From: Sulfolobus acidocaldarius DSM 639
GTDB lineage: Archaea; Thermoproteota; Thermoprotei_A; Sulfolobales; Sulfolobaceae
DNA length: 32,000 nucleotides
Reading direction: 5' to 3'
NCBI RefSeq assembly: GCF_000012285.1
Contig: NC_007181.1
Location: 540,001-572,000 of the forward strand
The notes under the pieces are model-generated. The model saw nothing but the letters and a program-made list of their open reading frames with translations. It had not been told where the DNA came from and made no database searches. The translations under genes were made by a program, and so were the position numbers. This document shows, in pieces, positions 13,601 to 28,238 of the stretch. Numbering within the stretch: the first letter of the stretch is position 1; the number at the start of each line of letters is the position of its first letter.

Positions 13601-14029
13601 AGGGTCTTCGCCTATTTCAATTAGTTTATCAATGGGTAAATTTGAAGTTGGATCTGCTACTGATTTAAGCATTATAGGGAGATCTCCAATGTATATTTCT
13701 ATTGGTTCGCCTTCTATATTATTCTCAACTGGAATCATACTCAAAAATATAGGAGATGAGTAGGTCAGATTCCTAAGCCTTGCCTCCATAGGTGTTATTT
13801 CTCTCATAGGTCCTTTGTCAGTTTCTCTTATGCTAGGTTTTTCATATCTTATTTTACCTAATTTAATCTTCAATCCAGGAACTTCAGTTACTATTTCTCC
13901 TTGTTCATATATTACTTGCTGAAGTTTATTTCTCAGAAAATCATTGAATGAATCTAAATGCTGCCTAACTAATCCTCTTGTCTTAAAGAATGATTCAGCT
14001 ATTGCCCACCTAGACTCTGTATCTAACAT
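10649..14029 (-). CDS. rpoB: DNA-directed RNA polymerase subunit B (unsplit, Rpo2)
   Basis: An 1126-aa protein with conserved RNAP beta-like motifs ([24 protein letters not shown]) and a C-terminal zinc ribbon (CDQCG...CPVHG). Confidence 0.98.
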
Positions 14030-14033
14030 AAAC

Positions 14034-14300
14034 TCACCCTGTTATAACATACCTATAAGTTACACTTTCGCCTGTAAAAGGACTTTTTCTGGTTATCTTA
14101 ATTATGTCACCAGGCTTTGCACCTATACTTTTAGCCACAGGGTCAGATGCTCTTATCCACGGTAATTGCTCAGGCTTAATTCCTAATTCTTTAACCAATT
14201 TATATGCTTCTTCAAGTTGTAAAATTTCATGTTTAGGCACTAATTCATGATTTGATATATCGATCTTTTTCTTTGAGGATGAACGCATAATTTTCCCCAT
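14034..14300 (-). CDS. rpoH: DNA-directed RNA polymerase subunit H (Rpo5)
   Basis: An 84-88 aa protein with the typical RpoH sequence ([10 protein letters not shown]...[26 protein letters not shown]). It is the first gene of the RNAP operon. An alternative ATG at 14288 would give 84 aa. Confidence 0.9.
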   Translation of the reverse strand: MGKIMRSSSKKKIDISNHELVPKHEILQLEEAYKLVKELGIKPEQLPWIRASDPVAKSIGAKPGDIIKITRKSPFTGESVTYRYVITG

Positions 14301-14493
14301 GTAGCGTACAGTAATATCATCCTACTCATTTAAGCTTAATAAAATTATGTTACATACACGAATTTCTATTTTTCGTCAATGCGTATAGAAAAAGATTAGA
14401 TTCGTAGCAAGAATACCAATTATATAACGAGAATAATCAAGTCCGTCAGAAATTTAATTCATGTTATCAAATACAGGTTTTAGGTAAATAAAA

Positions 14494-16302
14494 ATGACGA
14501 CTCAAGTACCAAAAAGACTAAGACAGCCTATTGTTGTAGTGTTGGGACATGTAGATCATGGGAAAACAACATTACTTGATAAAATTAGAGGCACTGCAGT
14601 GGTTAAAAAAGAGCCAGGTGAAATGACGCAGGAAGTTGGAGCAAGCTTTGTACCGACAAGCGTGATAGAGAAGATCTCAGAGCCACTAAAAAAATCATTC
14701 CCTATAAAGCTGGAAATTCCAGGACTCTTATTTATCGATACACCTGGTCATGAATTATTTAGTAATCTAAGAAAGAGGGGAGGTAGTGTTGCAGATATTG
14801 CAATATTAGTTGTGGATATTGTAGAAGGAATCCAAAAGCAAACTTTAGAGTCTATAGAAATTTTGAAATCGAGGAAAGTTCCTTTCATAGTAGCAGCTAA
14901 CAAGATTGACAGGATAAATGGATGGAAAGCACAAGATACATATTCCTTCCTTGAAAGCATAAACAAACAAGAGCAAAGAGTGCGTGATAATTTAGATAAA
15001 CAAGTATACAATTTAGTAATACAATTAGCTGAGCAAGGGTTCAATGCAGAAAGGTTTGATAGAATTAGGGATTTCACAAAGACTGTTGCGATTATTCCTG
15101 TGTCTGCAAAAACAGGTGAAGGTATAGCTGAGGTTCTGGCAATTTTGGCAGGATTGACTCAAAATTATATGAAAAATAAGCTAAAATTTGCTGAGGGACC
15201 TGCAAAAGGAGTAATTCTTGAGGTCAAAGAACTCCAAGGTTTAGGATATACAGCTGATGTTGTAATATACGAAGGAATATTGAGAAAAAACGATATTATA
15301 GTGTTAGCTGGCATTGATGGTCCTATCGTAACTAAGGTTAGAGCTATTTTAGTGCCTAGGCCTTTACAAGATATAAAGCTAGCAAAGTCTGATTTAGCTC
15401 AAATTGATGAAGTTTATGCTGCCTCAGGTGTAAAAGTGTATGCACAGAATCTTGAGACTGCACTTGCAGGATCTCCTATTTATGTAGCTGAAAATAATGA
15501 AGAAGTAGAAAAATATAAGAAAATAATTCAAGAAGAAGTATCAGCTGTACGTTACTACAATTCGAGTGTATATGGCATAATTGTAAAGGCTGATAGTTTA
15601 GGAAGTTTAGAGGCGATAGTCTCGTCTCTGGAACGAAGAAATATACCAATAAGACTTGCAGATATAGGTCCAATAAGTAAGAGGGACATAACAGAAGCAG
15701 AAATAGTTGCTGAAAAAGCTAAAGAATATGGAATAATTGCAGCTTTTAGAGTTAAACCGTTATCAGGTATAGAGATTCCAGAAAAAATAAAATTAATTTC
15801 TGATGATATAATCTACCAGCTGATGGATAATATAGAAAAATATATTGAAGACATAAAGGAAAGTGAGAAGAGAAAGACATTAGAGACTATTGTTTTACCT
15901 GGAAAGATCAAAATAATTCCTGGATATGTTTTTAGAAGAAGTGACCCAGTAATTGTCGGAGTAGAGGTATTAGGTGGTATAATTAGACCTAAGTACGGAT
16001 TAATTAAGAAAGATGGGAGAAGAGTGGGAGAAGTCTTACAAATACAAGATAACAAGAAGAGTGTTGATAGAGCTAGTAAAGGTATGGAAGTTGCCGTATC
16101 TATAAAAGGAAATATCATGGTGGGAAGACAAGTAGAAGAAGGCGAGGTATTATACACAGATGTCCCTAAAGAAGATTTACAGATACTTATGGAAAAATAC
16201 AAGGATATAGTCACTGATGATATGATAGAAGTAATAAAGGAGATTATAAGGATAAAAAGAACTCAAGATGCTACATACGGGCTTGGGCTCCAATTTCAGT
16301 AA
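14494..16302 (+). CDS. infB: Translation initiation factor aIF5B (IF-2 homolog)
   Basis: A 602-aa protein with GTPase motifs [17 protein letters not shown] and NKID. It has no intein. Confidence 0.95.
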   Translation: MTTQVPKRLRQPIVVVLGHVDHGKTTLLDKIRGTAVVKKEPGEMTQEVGASFVPTSVIEKISEPLKKSFPIKLEIPGLLFIDTPGHELFSNLRKRGGSVADIAILVVDIVEGIQKQTLESIEILKSRKVPFIVAANKIDRINGWKAQDTYSFLESINKQEQRVRDNLDKQVYNLVIQLAEQGFNAERFDRIRDFTKTVAIIPVSAKTGEGIAEVLAILAGLTQNYMKNKLKFAEGPAKGVILEVKELQGLGYTADVVIYEGILRKNDIIVLAGIDGPIVTKVRAILVPRPLQDIKLAKSDLAQIDEVYAASGVKVYAQNLETALAGSPIYVAENNEEVEKYKKIIQEEVSAVRYYNSSVYGIIVKADSLGSLEAIVSSLERRNIPIRLADIGPISKRDITEAEIVAEKAKEYGIIAAFRVKPLSGIEIPEKIKLISDDIIYQLMDNIEKYIEDIKESEKRKTLETIVLPGKIKIIPGYVFRRSDPVIVGVEVLGGIIRPKYGLIKKDGRRVGEVLQIQDNKKSVDRASKGMEVAVSIKGNIMVGRQVEEGEVLYTDVPKEDLQILMEKYKDIVTDDMIEVIKEIIRIKRTQDATYGLGLQFQ

Positions 16303-16708
16303 CATCTTGGAAAAATATGCCCATCTCAGTTTTAGCCTTTTCTTCACTGTCAGAAGCATGAATTACATTTTCTGACTTACTTAATGCATAATCTCCTCTT
16401 ATTGTGCCAGGAGAAGCCTCCTTAGGGTCTGTAGCCCCTATCATTTTCCTCACAACACTAACAGCATCATCACCTTCTATTATCATACATACTACAGGAC
16501 CTGATATGATGTAATTAATTAATTCATTGAAGAATCCTTTTCCCTTATGCTCTTGATATAATCTTTCTGCAGTGGCTCTATCCATATGAACCATTTTTAA
16601 TGCAAGAATATTAAATCCTCTCTTCTCGAATCTGCTAATTATTTCCCCTACTAATCTTCTTCTTACACCGTCTGGTTTTATCATAACAAATGTTCTTTGT
16701 AACGTCAT
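16271..16708 (-). CDS. ndk: Nucleoside diphosphate kinase
   Basis: A 145-aa protein with [12 protein letters not shown] and the NVIHASDS active-site His region. Its start overlaps the rpl24e stop (ATGA). Confidence 0.93.
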   Translation of the reverse strand: MTLQRTFVMIKPDGVRRRLVGEIISRFEKRGFNILALKMVHMDRATAERLYQEHKGKGFFNELINYIISGPVVCMIIEGDDAVSVVRKMIGATDPKEASPGTIRGDYALSKSENVIHASDSEEKAKTEMGIFFQDVTEIGAQARM

Positions 16709-16893
16709 GGTTTAGCACCCAAATATGACTTAGTCCATTTTAATTTTTTAGGATCTCTGTGTAACTTTAACATAGATTTTCTACATTTACTTGAACAGAA
16801 CCAAAGTAAGCTTCCATCATTTCTAACGTACATTAAACCAGTACCAGGAAGGATATCTTTTCCGCAAAAACTACATTGCCTTGTTGAGACCAT
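16705..16893 (-). CDS. rpl24e: 50S ribosomal protein L24e (eL24)
   Basis: A 62-aa protein with zinc-ribbon motifs CSFCGK...CSSKC, typical of L24e. Confidence 0.9.
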   Translation of the reverse strand: MVSTRQCSFCGKDILPGTGLMYVRNDGSLLWFCSSKCRKSMLKLHRDPKKLKWTKSYLGAKP

Positions 16894-16917
16894 GTTATGA
16901 AGTTATAATAGTGAAGT

Positions 16918-16925
16918 ATTTAAAT
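16918..16925. promoter_or_regulatory. Palindromic TATA-like box ATTTAAAT in the 63-bp rpl24e/rps28e divergent spacer
   Basis: Its centre is 28.5 nt from the rpl24e ATG (16893), which fits a leaderless mRNA. It is 35.5 nt from the rps28e ATG (16957). Function is inferred from archaeal promoter geometry only. Confidence 0.35.
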
Positions 16926-16956
16926 GAATTGGCTCTGAAAATATAAATGGTTTAAA

Positions 16957-17866
<910 letters not shown>

Positions 17867-17907
17867 CCATTTTATTTATATTCAATAAATCTATTTTTAG
17901 TTGAAGC

Positions 17908-19326
17908 ATGGTAAAGATAGGTCTTGAGGTTCATGTCCATTTAACTTCATTAAAAACAAAGCTGTTTTGCTCATGTCCTACAGAGTATGTAGGAAAGGAT
18001 CCTAATACAATTACTTGTCCAGTTTGTTTAGGATTACCTGGCGCTATACCGGTCTTGAACGAAAATGCAGTTAGAGCTGCAATTATGGTCGCATTGGCAA
18101 TAAATGCAGAAATTGCTGACAGAGTAGTAATGGTGAGAAAACATTACTTCTATCCAGATATGGCTAAAAACTATCAAATATCCCAATATGATGGTCCTGG
18201 AAGTATTGCAATAAGTAAAGGAGGATTTATAAAACTTAGAGATAACAAAACTATTAGAATAAGGAGAATAAACATAGAAGAGGATCCGGCTAAAATTGTC
18301 TATCCTACTGGTTCTATGTTAACAAGTAGATACACATTATTGGACTATAATAGATCAGGTTTCCCACTACTTGAGATAGTTACAGAACCAGATATGTCAG
18401 ATCCGCGTGAGGCTCGTGAATTTCTTGAAAAATTAAGATCGATACTTGAACATTTAGGTATATCCAACCCTGATTTAGAAGGTGCAATGAGAGCCGATGC
18501 TAATATATCAATAGAGGGCGGTGAAAGAGTCGAAATAAAGAATATAGGCTCCCCAAAAGAAGTTGAAGAAGCATTAAAATATGAGATAGCCAGGCAAAAG
18601 GCGTTAGTAGCTCAGGGTATGAAAGTAAATAGGGAAACTAGACACTGGGATAATGCAAAAAAAGTTACAGTATTAACAAGATCTAAAGAACTTGAAGAAG
18701 ACTACAGATATTTTCCCGACCCTGATCTACCGCCGTATACTGTAAGCTTTGATATGATTGAAAAAATTAGAAAGGAATTACCTGAATTACCTGACATTAG
18801 AATTCAACGATTAGTCAAAGAGTATGGAATAACTGAATATGATGCTAACGTATTAGTTATTGATAAATCACTAGCTGATTTATTCGAGGAGACAGCAAAA
18901 AATTATAAAAATTATAAAAAACTAGTTAATATATTAATTAATGATTATCTGCGATGGTTAAACGACAAGAATCTAAAACCGTCTCAGTCTAAAGCTACGA
19001 CGAAGCATCTTATAGAATTATTGACCCTACTAGATAATGGAACAATAACCATTAAAATAGCTAAGGAGATCCTTCCCCAAATAGTAATAGAGGGTAAAAT
19101 GCCATCAGAAATAATAAAGCAAAATAGTCTCATCGCAATTAAAGATGAAGATTATCTGATAAATGTAATTAAAGAGGTTCTCTCCGAGGAGAAAGATGCT
19201 GTAGAGAAAGCTAAAAGAGATCCTAAAGTTATAAATTACTTGGTAGGAAAAGTAATGAAGAAAACATCAAAGAGAGCTGATCCATATATAGTTAATGAGT
19301 TAATAAAGAAAGAATTAGGGATATAA
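17908..19326 (+). CDS. gatB: Aspartyl/glutamyl-tRNA amidotransferase subunit B
   Basis: A 472-aa protein with the GatB N-terminus IGLEVHVHL...KLFCSC and a C-terminal YqeY-like tail. No gatA or gatC is adjacent. Confidence 0.9.
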   Translation: MVKIGLEVHVHLTSLKTKLFCSCPTEYVGKDPNTITCPVCLGLPGAIPVLNENAVRAAIMVALAINAEIADRVVMVRKHYFYPDMAKNYQISQYDGPGSIAISKGGFIKLRDNKTIRIRRINIEEDPAKIVYPTGSMLTSRYTLLDYNRSGFPLLEIVTEPDMSDPREAREFLEKLRSILEHLGISNPDLEGAMRADANISIEGGERVEIKNIGSPKEVEEALKYEIARQKALVAQGMKVNRETRHWDNAKKVTVLTRSKELEEDYRYFPDPDLPPYTVSFDMIEKIRKELPELPDIRIQRLVKEYGITEYDANVLVIDKSLADLFEETAKNYKNYKKLVNILINDYLRWLNDKNLKPSQSKATTKHLIELLTLLDNGTITIKIAKEILPQIVIEGKMPSEIIKQNSLIAIKDEDYLINVIKEVLSEEKDAVEKAKRDPKVINYLVGKVMKKTSKRADPYIVNELIKKELGI

Positions 19327-19394
19327 TCACAGCGTGGGTTTATCATCACAGTATCAGCACTTAAAACCCCGTTCATCAAAAGAATAGAAATAGT

Positions 19395-20132
19395 GTGGTG
19401 ATATATATTCTCAACTCTCAGAAGGACAGGGAACTAAAGATAAGACTACTAGTAGTGAATTTACTGAGAGAATTAAAGAACTCTTATACGTACAAAGAAT
19501 TATCAAGTATCTTCAACATCCAAGAAAGTTTACTGTGTAGATATGTCAACGGAAATACCATACCAAGTGAGAGTCATTCAAGGGATATCCTTGATAAGAT
19601 TAAGAGTAAGGAGTTCCTTTCCAAGTTTCTTGCAGACAAAATAATCAAATATGATGATGGATTTATTGATACCTCTAAAATGCTCTTTTACCCTAATCTA
19701 TTAAAGCTTTTAATAGAAATGTTCTATCATAAATACTTCGGAAATAGAGACGAAATTGATAAAATTGTGACAGTAGCTGTAAACGGAATACCTTTCGCTG
19801 CAATAGCGTCGGAAGCTATAGCTAAGCCGTTAATAATAATAAAAAAACACAAAGATTCTGTTCACATCAGTTACATAGACGAGAATATTAAAGAATCGGA
19901 AGGAATGATTACTTCTATCTATTTAAGAAAAGATTTTGTATATAAAGGTGAGAAAGTGTTGGTTGTAGATGATGTAATAAGAAGTGGCAAAACAATATAC
20001 TCAACATTTAGGTTAATCCAAAAAGCAGACGCAAAAGTAATAGGGGCGTTAGTATTAGTGGGTGTAGGAAAAGAATGGTCGAAAATAAGTAACACATTTA
20101 ATATACCAATCATCCCTATCTTTTCACTATGA
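19395..20132 (+). CDS. HTH domain fused to a type I phosphoribosyltransferase domain (PurR/GfcR-like regulator architecture)
   Basis: The N-terminal HTH-like segment is YTYKELSSIFNIQESLLCRYVNGNTIPS. The C-terminal PRT fold carries the PRPP loop KVLVVDDVIRSGKT. The start is GTG, with no in-frame ATG near the N-terminus. Confidence 0.6.
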   Translation: MVIYILNSQKDRELKIRLLVVNLLRELKNSYTYKELSSIFNIQESLLCRYVNGNTIPSESHSRDILDKIKSKEFLSKFLADKIIKYDDGFIDTSKMLFYPNLLKLLIEMFYHKYFGNRDEIDKIVTVAVNGIPFAAIASEAIAKPLIIIKKHKDSVHISYIDENIKESEGMITSIYLRKDFVYKGEKVLVVDDVIRSGKTIYSTFRLIQKADAKVIGALVLVGVGKEWSKISNTFNIPIIPIFSL

Positions 20133-20707
20133 TTATTAGACTACAGAATAATGTTTACGCTATAAAAGGAGTTTATTATATCTATCTGCTTGCAATAGAT
20201 AATAAAAACCTTCTGATTATAGATTCAAGTAACGGTGAAGATACAGGAATAGTGTTAGATGGTATCCTTGAAATAAAGAGTAAAACGAATTACAACCCAT
20301 CTTTTTTAGTACTTACCAGCTGTAAAAAAGAAGTTGCAGGAGGAGCTGCAAAAATTTCAAGCTTTTTGAACATACCTATACTCGCAAGTCACATAGATGC
20401 ATCTAGTATTAGAAAAGGAATGTGCCTAGATGAGGAATACGAACCTGCAGATGTAAGTATTGAAATCAAAGACATAAAAGTATTGATAAATGGGCTTAAT
20501 AACCTTACATTTCTTAGAGCTAAAACCCCCTCAAAAGGAAGTTTAGTAATAAAATATAATAACACTTTATTTTCAGGAGCAACAAAAATTAGTGGTATAG
20601 CAGAAAAGATTGGGTACGTTTGTAACGCCTTTGAATTTTCAAAGGTAGAAGAAGATTGGTTTTTACGGAGAAGAAAAGAGAATGAAAAAGCATTAGAATA
20701 TAAATAA
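20129..20707 (+). CDS. Metallo-beta-lactamase-fold protein lacking the metal ligands (probable pseudoenzyme)
   Basis: The MBL-like strand pattern is present (NLLIIDSSNG ... FLVLTSCKKEVAGGA ... AKTPSKGSLVI...LFSGAT). However, HxHxDH is replaced by SCKKEV, PGHT by PSKG and GD by GA. The start overlaps the upstream gene as ATGA. Confidence 0.5.
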   Translation: MIIRLQNNVYAIKGVYYIYLLAIDNKNLLIIDSSNGEDTGIVLDGILEIKSKTNYNPSFLVLTSCKKEVAGGAAKISSFLNIPILASHIDASSIRKGMCLDEEYEPADVSIEIKDIKVLINGLNNLTFLRAKTPSKGSLVIKYNNTLFSGATKISGIAEKIGYVCNAFEFSKVEEDWFLRRRKENEKALEYK

Positions 20708-20742
20708 AAGAATTTTTATAAAAAATAACTATAGATTAGATT

Positions 20743-22497
<1,755 letters not shown>

Positions 22498-22566
22498 ACA
22501 TATTCTGTCTTATCACTCTCGATTAAGAATATATAAACTATTTCACCAACTTTTATTCTAATTTGG

Positions 22567-23496
22567 TTAAAACCATCCCAAAAAATTGTCCCAGCCTGTT
22601 TTTCTAATCAACTCGCCATTAAAATACACTCCTTGCCTATCACTTATTTCCCCAAAAACTACCGGATTAAGCCCTAATAGCTTCATTTGATTTATAATTT
22701 TGTGATAAGAATCTTTATCTACTACAAATATAGACTCGTATTCTTCCCCTGAAAATTTTAACAAATCTAGCAATCTTATTTTATAATTATTTGCTATGTT
22801 TAATACTTCTTCTGAAACAGGCATTTTAGTAATTTCAATACCTAACTTAGATCTCTCAACCAAATTATATAATGACACTATGAGACCATCACTTATATCT
22901 AGCGAATAATGAATATTATCACAGTTCTGGCTAAATATATCTTGTAAATGCGGATTTACTATAGGATGTTTATACTTTAGTTTGTATTTCAATGGAATCG
23001 ATATCTTCCAATTATTTACATAAGATATAAAGATTATTGAATTATAACCTATAGGCGATGTAATTATTACTTTGTCCCCTCTTTTTATATTATCTACGCT
23101 TTTGTAACATACTGCTTCTCCTATTCCAACTATGTCAATCCATCCATTATTATCACTAGAATTAGTATCACCACCCACATAACTTCCTTTATAATAATTT
23201 ATCGCATCACTTATCCCTTTCAATATATTTTCTATCTCTTTTAATCTATTTTTATTCAGTCCCAGAGAGGCTAGGAAAAATTTTGGTGAACCTCCTTTAG
23301 ATAATATATCACTTATTACTCCTATCACCGATCTCCAGCCTATATCATAAGACTCCAAAAAATTAAACTCATAAGATAATTGAAAGCCATCAATTTTATA
23401 CATGTTTTTTCCTTCCACATAAACATCGTCATTTGTAGCATTATCACTCACGTATCTTGATACGAGATTCTTAATTATTTCATGTTCAGAATGCAT
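22567..23496 (-). CDS. thiL: Thiamine-monophosphate kinase-like protein (PurM/AIR-synthase-related superfamily)
   Basis: A 309-aa protein with ThiL-like motifs: NDDVYV..., YDIGWRSVIGVISDILSKGGSP and GGDTN. Confidence 0.55.
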   Translation of the reverse strand: MHSEHEIIKNLVSRYVSDNATNDDVYVEGKNMYKIDGFQLSYEFNFLESYDIGWRSVIGVISDILSKGGSPKFFLASLGLNKNRLKEIENILKGISDAINYYKGSYVGGDTNSSDNNGWIDIVGIGEAVCYKSVDNIKRGDKVIITSPIGYNSIIFISYVNNWKISIPLKYKLKYKHPIVNPHLQDIFSQNCDNIHYSLDISDGLIVSLYNLVERSKLGIEITKMPVSEEVLNIANNYKIRLLDLLKFSGEEYESIFVVDKDSYHKIINQMKLLGLNPVVFGEISDRQGVYFNGELIRKTGWDNFLGWF

Positions 23497-23513
23497 TTAT
23501 ATAGCACCTGGGA

Positions 23514-23615
23514 AGCCGCCGCCGGGATTTGAACCCGGGACCACCGGCTGTCCTGGATCACTTCTTACTTAGGCCTTACGAGGCCGGCGCTCTGACCGTG
23601 CTGAGCTACGGCGGC
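23514..23615 (-). tRNA. tRNA-Thr (anticodon CGU) with a ~27-nt intron at the canonical 37/38 position
   Basis: Hand-folded from the sequence. The acceptor pairs GCCGCCG with CGGCGGC. The D-arm is GCUC-AGCACGGUCA-GAGC. The anticodon stem CCGGC/GCCGG encloses CUCGUA[intron GGCCUAAGUAAGAAGUGAUCCAGGAC]A. The T-arm is CCGGG-UUCAAAU-CCCGG, with discriminator U. Confidence 0.88.
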
Positions 23616-23646
23616 ATTCATAATTAATGAAGGTAAAATTATAAAT

Positions 23647-25005
23647 TTATACGTATGTGTTAAGAATTTCTTCTGCGTAAGAAATTGCTCTCTCTATTAA
23701 TTTTTCATATTCTCCTAGATATTTTGAGGGATTTAGGACTTCTTTAATTTTATTTTCATCACCTATTATTTTCATAACCGTTTCGTTTTCTTTGGCAACT
23801 TCCAGTAATGACTTTCCTGTATTTGAGGCTATTCGTGATAACTCCATAGTCAATTCATGAGCTTTATGTCTTGGCATACCATTTAATGTTAAATTTATCA
23901 TTAAACTTTCCGCCATAGTGAGACCTTTGCTTAGCGAAAGATTCTTTTGCATCTGATCTTGATTCACGACCAGGTTCTTTAAAATTTTTAACATACTATC
24001 TAGCATTTCATCTATAATTAGAAATGAATGCGATATTATTATCCTTTCAGAAGAACTATTAGTCAAATCCCTCTCATGCCACAGGGGTATATTCTCCATC
24101 TCAGAGATTACTAAACCTCTAAGTACTTTAGCTAAACCACTTATTTTCTCTGCATTTACAGGATTCTCCTTCTGAGGCATTGTACTACTTCCGACCCTTT
24201 TTGAAGCGTCTCCTTCCGCTAACTCTCTAATTTCAGGTCTCATTAACTCTCTAAGTTCTAATGCAAATCTATCTAGTTGGGAACCAAGTATTGCCAAATC
24301 AGAAATAAGTTCCGCAAAACCATCTCTAGGCGTTACCTGAGTGGTTATTATATGACTTGGTATTCCCAATCTTTCTGATACATATTTTTCTATAGTAGTT
24401 CCATGTCCCTTCCAAGCCGCCATAGTACCTACCGCACCAGCCATCTTTATCCTAACAACTCTTTTTTCTAGCTCATAAATTCTCTCTAACGATCTTGAAT
24501 ACTCATAAACATAATTAGCAAATTTAAATCCTAGAGTTATGGGCAGTGCATGTTGTCCATGAGTTCTACCTACCATTATTGTATCTTTATATTTCCTACT
24601 ATATTCAATAAGTATGGTTATTACATCTCGTAGTTTTTTCTTTACAATTTCTAATGCTTTTTTTACAATTATTGCATTAGTAGTGTCAATAATGTCATTA
24701 CTCGTAGCTCCAAAATGTATAAAATCTCCAGCTTCTCCAGATAATTCTGCCATATGAACTGTCAAAGCCATAACATCATGACCCAGCTTCCTCTCTAATT
24801 CGTCAACCCTATTCAAGTCTATCTTATCTATTATATCTTCTACTTTTTTAACGTCAGTTTCTTTAATTAATCCTAGTTTACTTAATGCGTATAATAGGGC
24901 TATTTCTACTTCAGCCATAGTTTTTACGATGTTTTTTCTGCTAAATAATTGTCTCATTTCTTTACTGCCATATCTCCATTCCAATACACAGATGTCGTCG
25001 TCCAC
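23647..25005 (-). CDS. purB: Adenylosuccinate lyase
   Basis: A 452-aa protein with the fumarate-lyase family signature [11 protein letters not shown]. The start is GTG. Confidence 0.93.
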   Translation of the reverse strand: MDDDICVLEWRYGSKEMRQLFSRKNIVKTMAEVEIALLYALSKLGLIKETDVKKVEDIIDKIDLNRVDELERKLGHDVMALTVHMAELSGEAGDFIHFGATSNDIIDTTNAIIVKKALEIVKKKLRDVITILIEYSRKYKDTIMVGRTHGQHALPITLGFKFANYVYEYSRSLERIYELEKRVVRIKMAGAVGTMAAWKGHGTTIEKYVSERLGIPSHIITTQVTPRDGFAELISDLAILGSQLDRFALELRELMRPEIRELAEGDASKRVGSSTMPQKENPVNAEKISGLAKVLRGLVISEMENIPLWHERDLTNSSSERIIISHSFLIIDEMLDSMLKILKNLVVNQDQMQKNLSLSKGLTMAESLMINLTLNGMPRHKAHELTMELSRIASNTGKSLLEVAKENETVMKIIGDENKIKEVLNPSKYLGEYEKLIERAISYAEEILNTYV

Positions 25006-25015
25006 GCATAATAAA

Positions 25016-25040
25016 TTATATTTACAATAAATAAATATAA
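25016..25040. promoter_or_regulatory. Pair of inverted TATA boxes (TTATATTT on each strand) in the 41-bp purB/purP spacer
   Basis: TTATATTT at 25016-25023 (+) is centred 27.5 nt before the purP ATG. Its inverted copy at 25033-25040 (-) is centred 31.5 nt before the purB GTG. Each box lies closer to the other gene's start. Confidence 0.45.
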
Positions 25041-25046
25041 GCTCGT

Positions 25047-27093
<2,047 letters not shown>

Positions 27094-27094
<1 letters not shown>

Positions 27095-27111
27095 TATTTA
27101 TAATTATGAAT
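27094..27111. repeat. 18-bp direct repeat copy 1 (GTATTTATAATTATGAAT)
   Basis: An exact match to 27151-27168. It starts on the last base of the purP2 stop codon and contains the TATA-like TTTATAA. Confidence 0.9.
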
Positions 27112-27150
27112 TAGCCTTTCCCTTTATATATAATTCATTAATAAAACAAC

Positions 27151-27168
27151 GTATTTATAATTATGAAT
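27151..27168. repeat. 18-bp direct repeat copy 2 (GTATTTATAATTATGAAT)
   Basis: An exact match to 27094-27111, offset by 57 bp, lying 55 bp upstream of the purA ATG. Confidence 0.9.
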
Positions 27169-27222
27169 GCAGTTAGACAAAGTTTATATATTCACGCTCA
27201 AGAGTAATCAAAACGGTGCCTG

Positions 27223-28236
27223 ATGTTAAGCGTAGTAGTAGGCGGTTTTTTTGGAGATGAAGGAAAAGGTAAAATTGTTGCCTATTTAGGTCTTAAGGAT
27301 TCTCCAAGTATCGGAGTAAGAACTGGTTCTATAAATGCGGGACATACTGTAAGTTATAATGGGAGACAGTGGAAAGTAAGAATAATTCCCTCTCTATTTG
27401 TTAACAAGAATGTTAAATTATTTCTAGCTCCAGGTGCTCTTACTTCTATCAATCTGCTGTTTAATGAGGCTAAAGAAACTGATAGTTTAGATAGACTATA
27501 CATAGATCCACATGTAGGTATAATAACAGATGAAGAAATAAAGGAAGAGAGAAGTGACGAATATTTAATAAAAAATATAGGTAGTACAGGGCAGGGAGTA
27601 GGCTATGCTGAAGCAAAAAGAGTTTTGAGAAAACTGAAACTTGCCAAGGATTATAGAGAACTTGAGAAATATTTAATAAATGTGCCTGAGGAATTGTTAC
27701 TGGGTATAGAAAGAGGAGATAACATACTAGTTGAAGGTACTCAAGGTACTTTTCTGAGCTTATATCATGGCGAATATCCTTATACCACAAGTAGAAATAC
27801 TACTGCTTCAGGAATATTGAGCGAAGCAGGAATAGGACCAAAATATGTAGATGAAATAATTGTGGTTTTCAAATCTTATGTAACTAGAGTAGGAGAGGGA
27901 CCACTAGAAGGCGAAATTAGCTGGGAGGAAGCCCAGAAAATGGGAATAGCTGAAGTTGCAACAGTAACCGGAAGAAAAAGAAGAAGTGCACCATTTAATG
28001 TAAAGCTTGCTAAGGAATCGCTTAAAATAAACTCTGCAACACAAATAGCGATAACTAAACTTGATACAATATTTAAGGATGCTAAAGGTGTAAGGGAATA
28101 TCAAAAACTACCATCGAATGCTAAGAAATGGATTGAGGAATTAGAGACAGAGTTGAAAGTTCCTATTACACTAATAGGAACAGGTGAAGATGCCTTAGAT
28201 GTAATAGATCTAAGAACCGAGAAAATAGGTGAGTAA
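27223..28236 (+). CDS. purA: Adenylosuccinate synthetase (short archaeal form)
   Basis: A 337-aa protein with the P-loop GDEGKGK, plus INAGHT and GTTGRGIG-like (GSTGQGVG) motifs. Confidence 0.92.
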   Translation: MLSVVVGGFFGDEGKGKIVAYLGLKDSPSIGVRTGSINAGHTVSYNGRQWKVRIIPSLFVNKNVKLFLAPGALTSINLLFNEAKETDSLDRLYIDPHVGIITDEEIKEERSDEYLIKNIGSTGQGVGYAEAKRVLRKLKLAKDYRELEKYLINVPEELLLGIERGDNILVEGTQGTFLSLYHGEYPYTTSRNTTASGILSEAGIGPKYVDEIIVVFKSYVTRVGEGPLEGEISWEEAQKMGIAEVATVTGRKRRSAPFNVKLAKESLKINSATQIAITKLDTIFKDAKGVREYQKLPSNAKKWIEELETELKVPITLIGTGEDALDVIDLRTEKIGE

Positions 28237-28238
28237 AC

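Noticed and set aside
14748-16359. Minus-strand ORFs (60-133 aa) opposite infB
   Set aside because: These are antisense shadow ORFs with low-complexity products.
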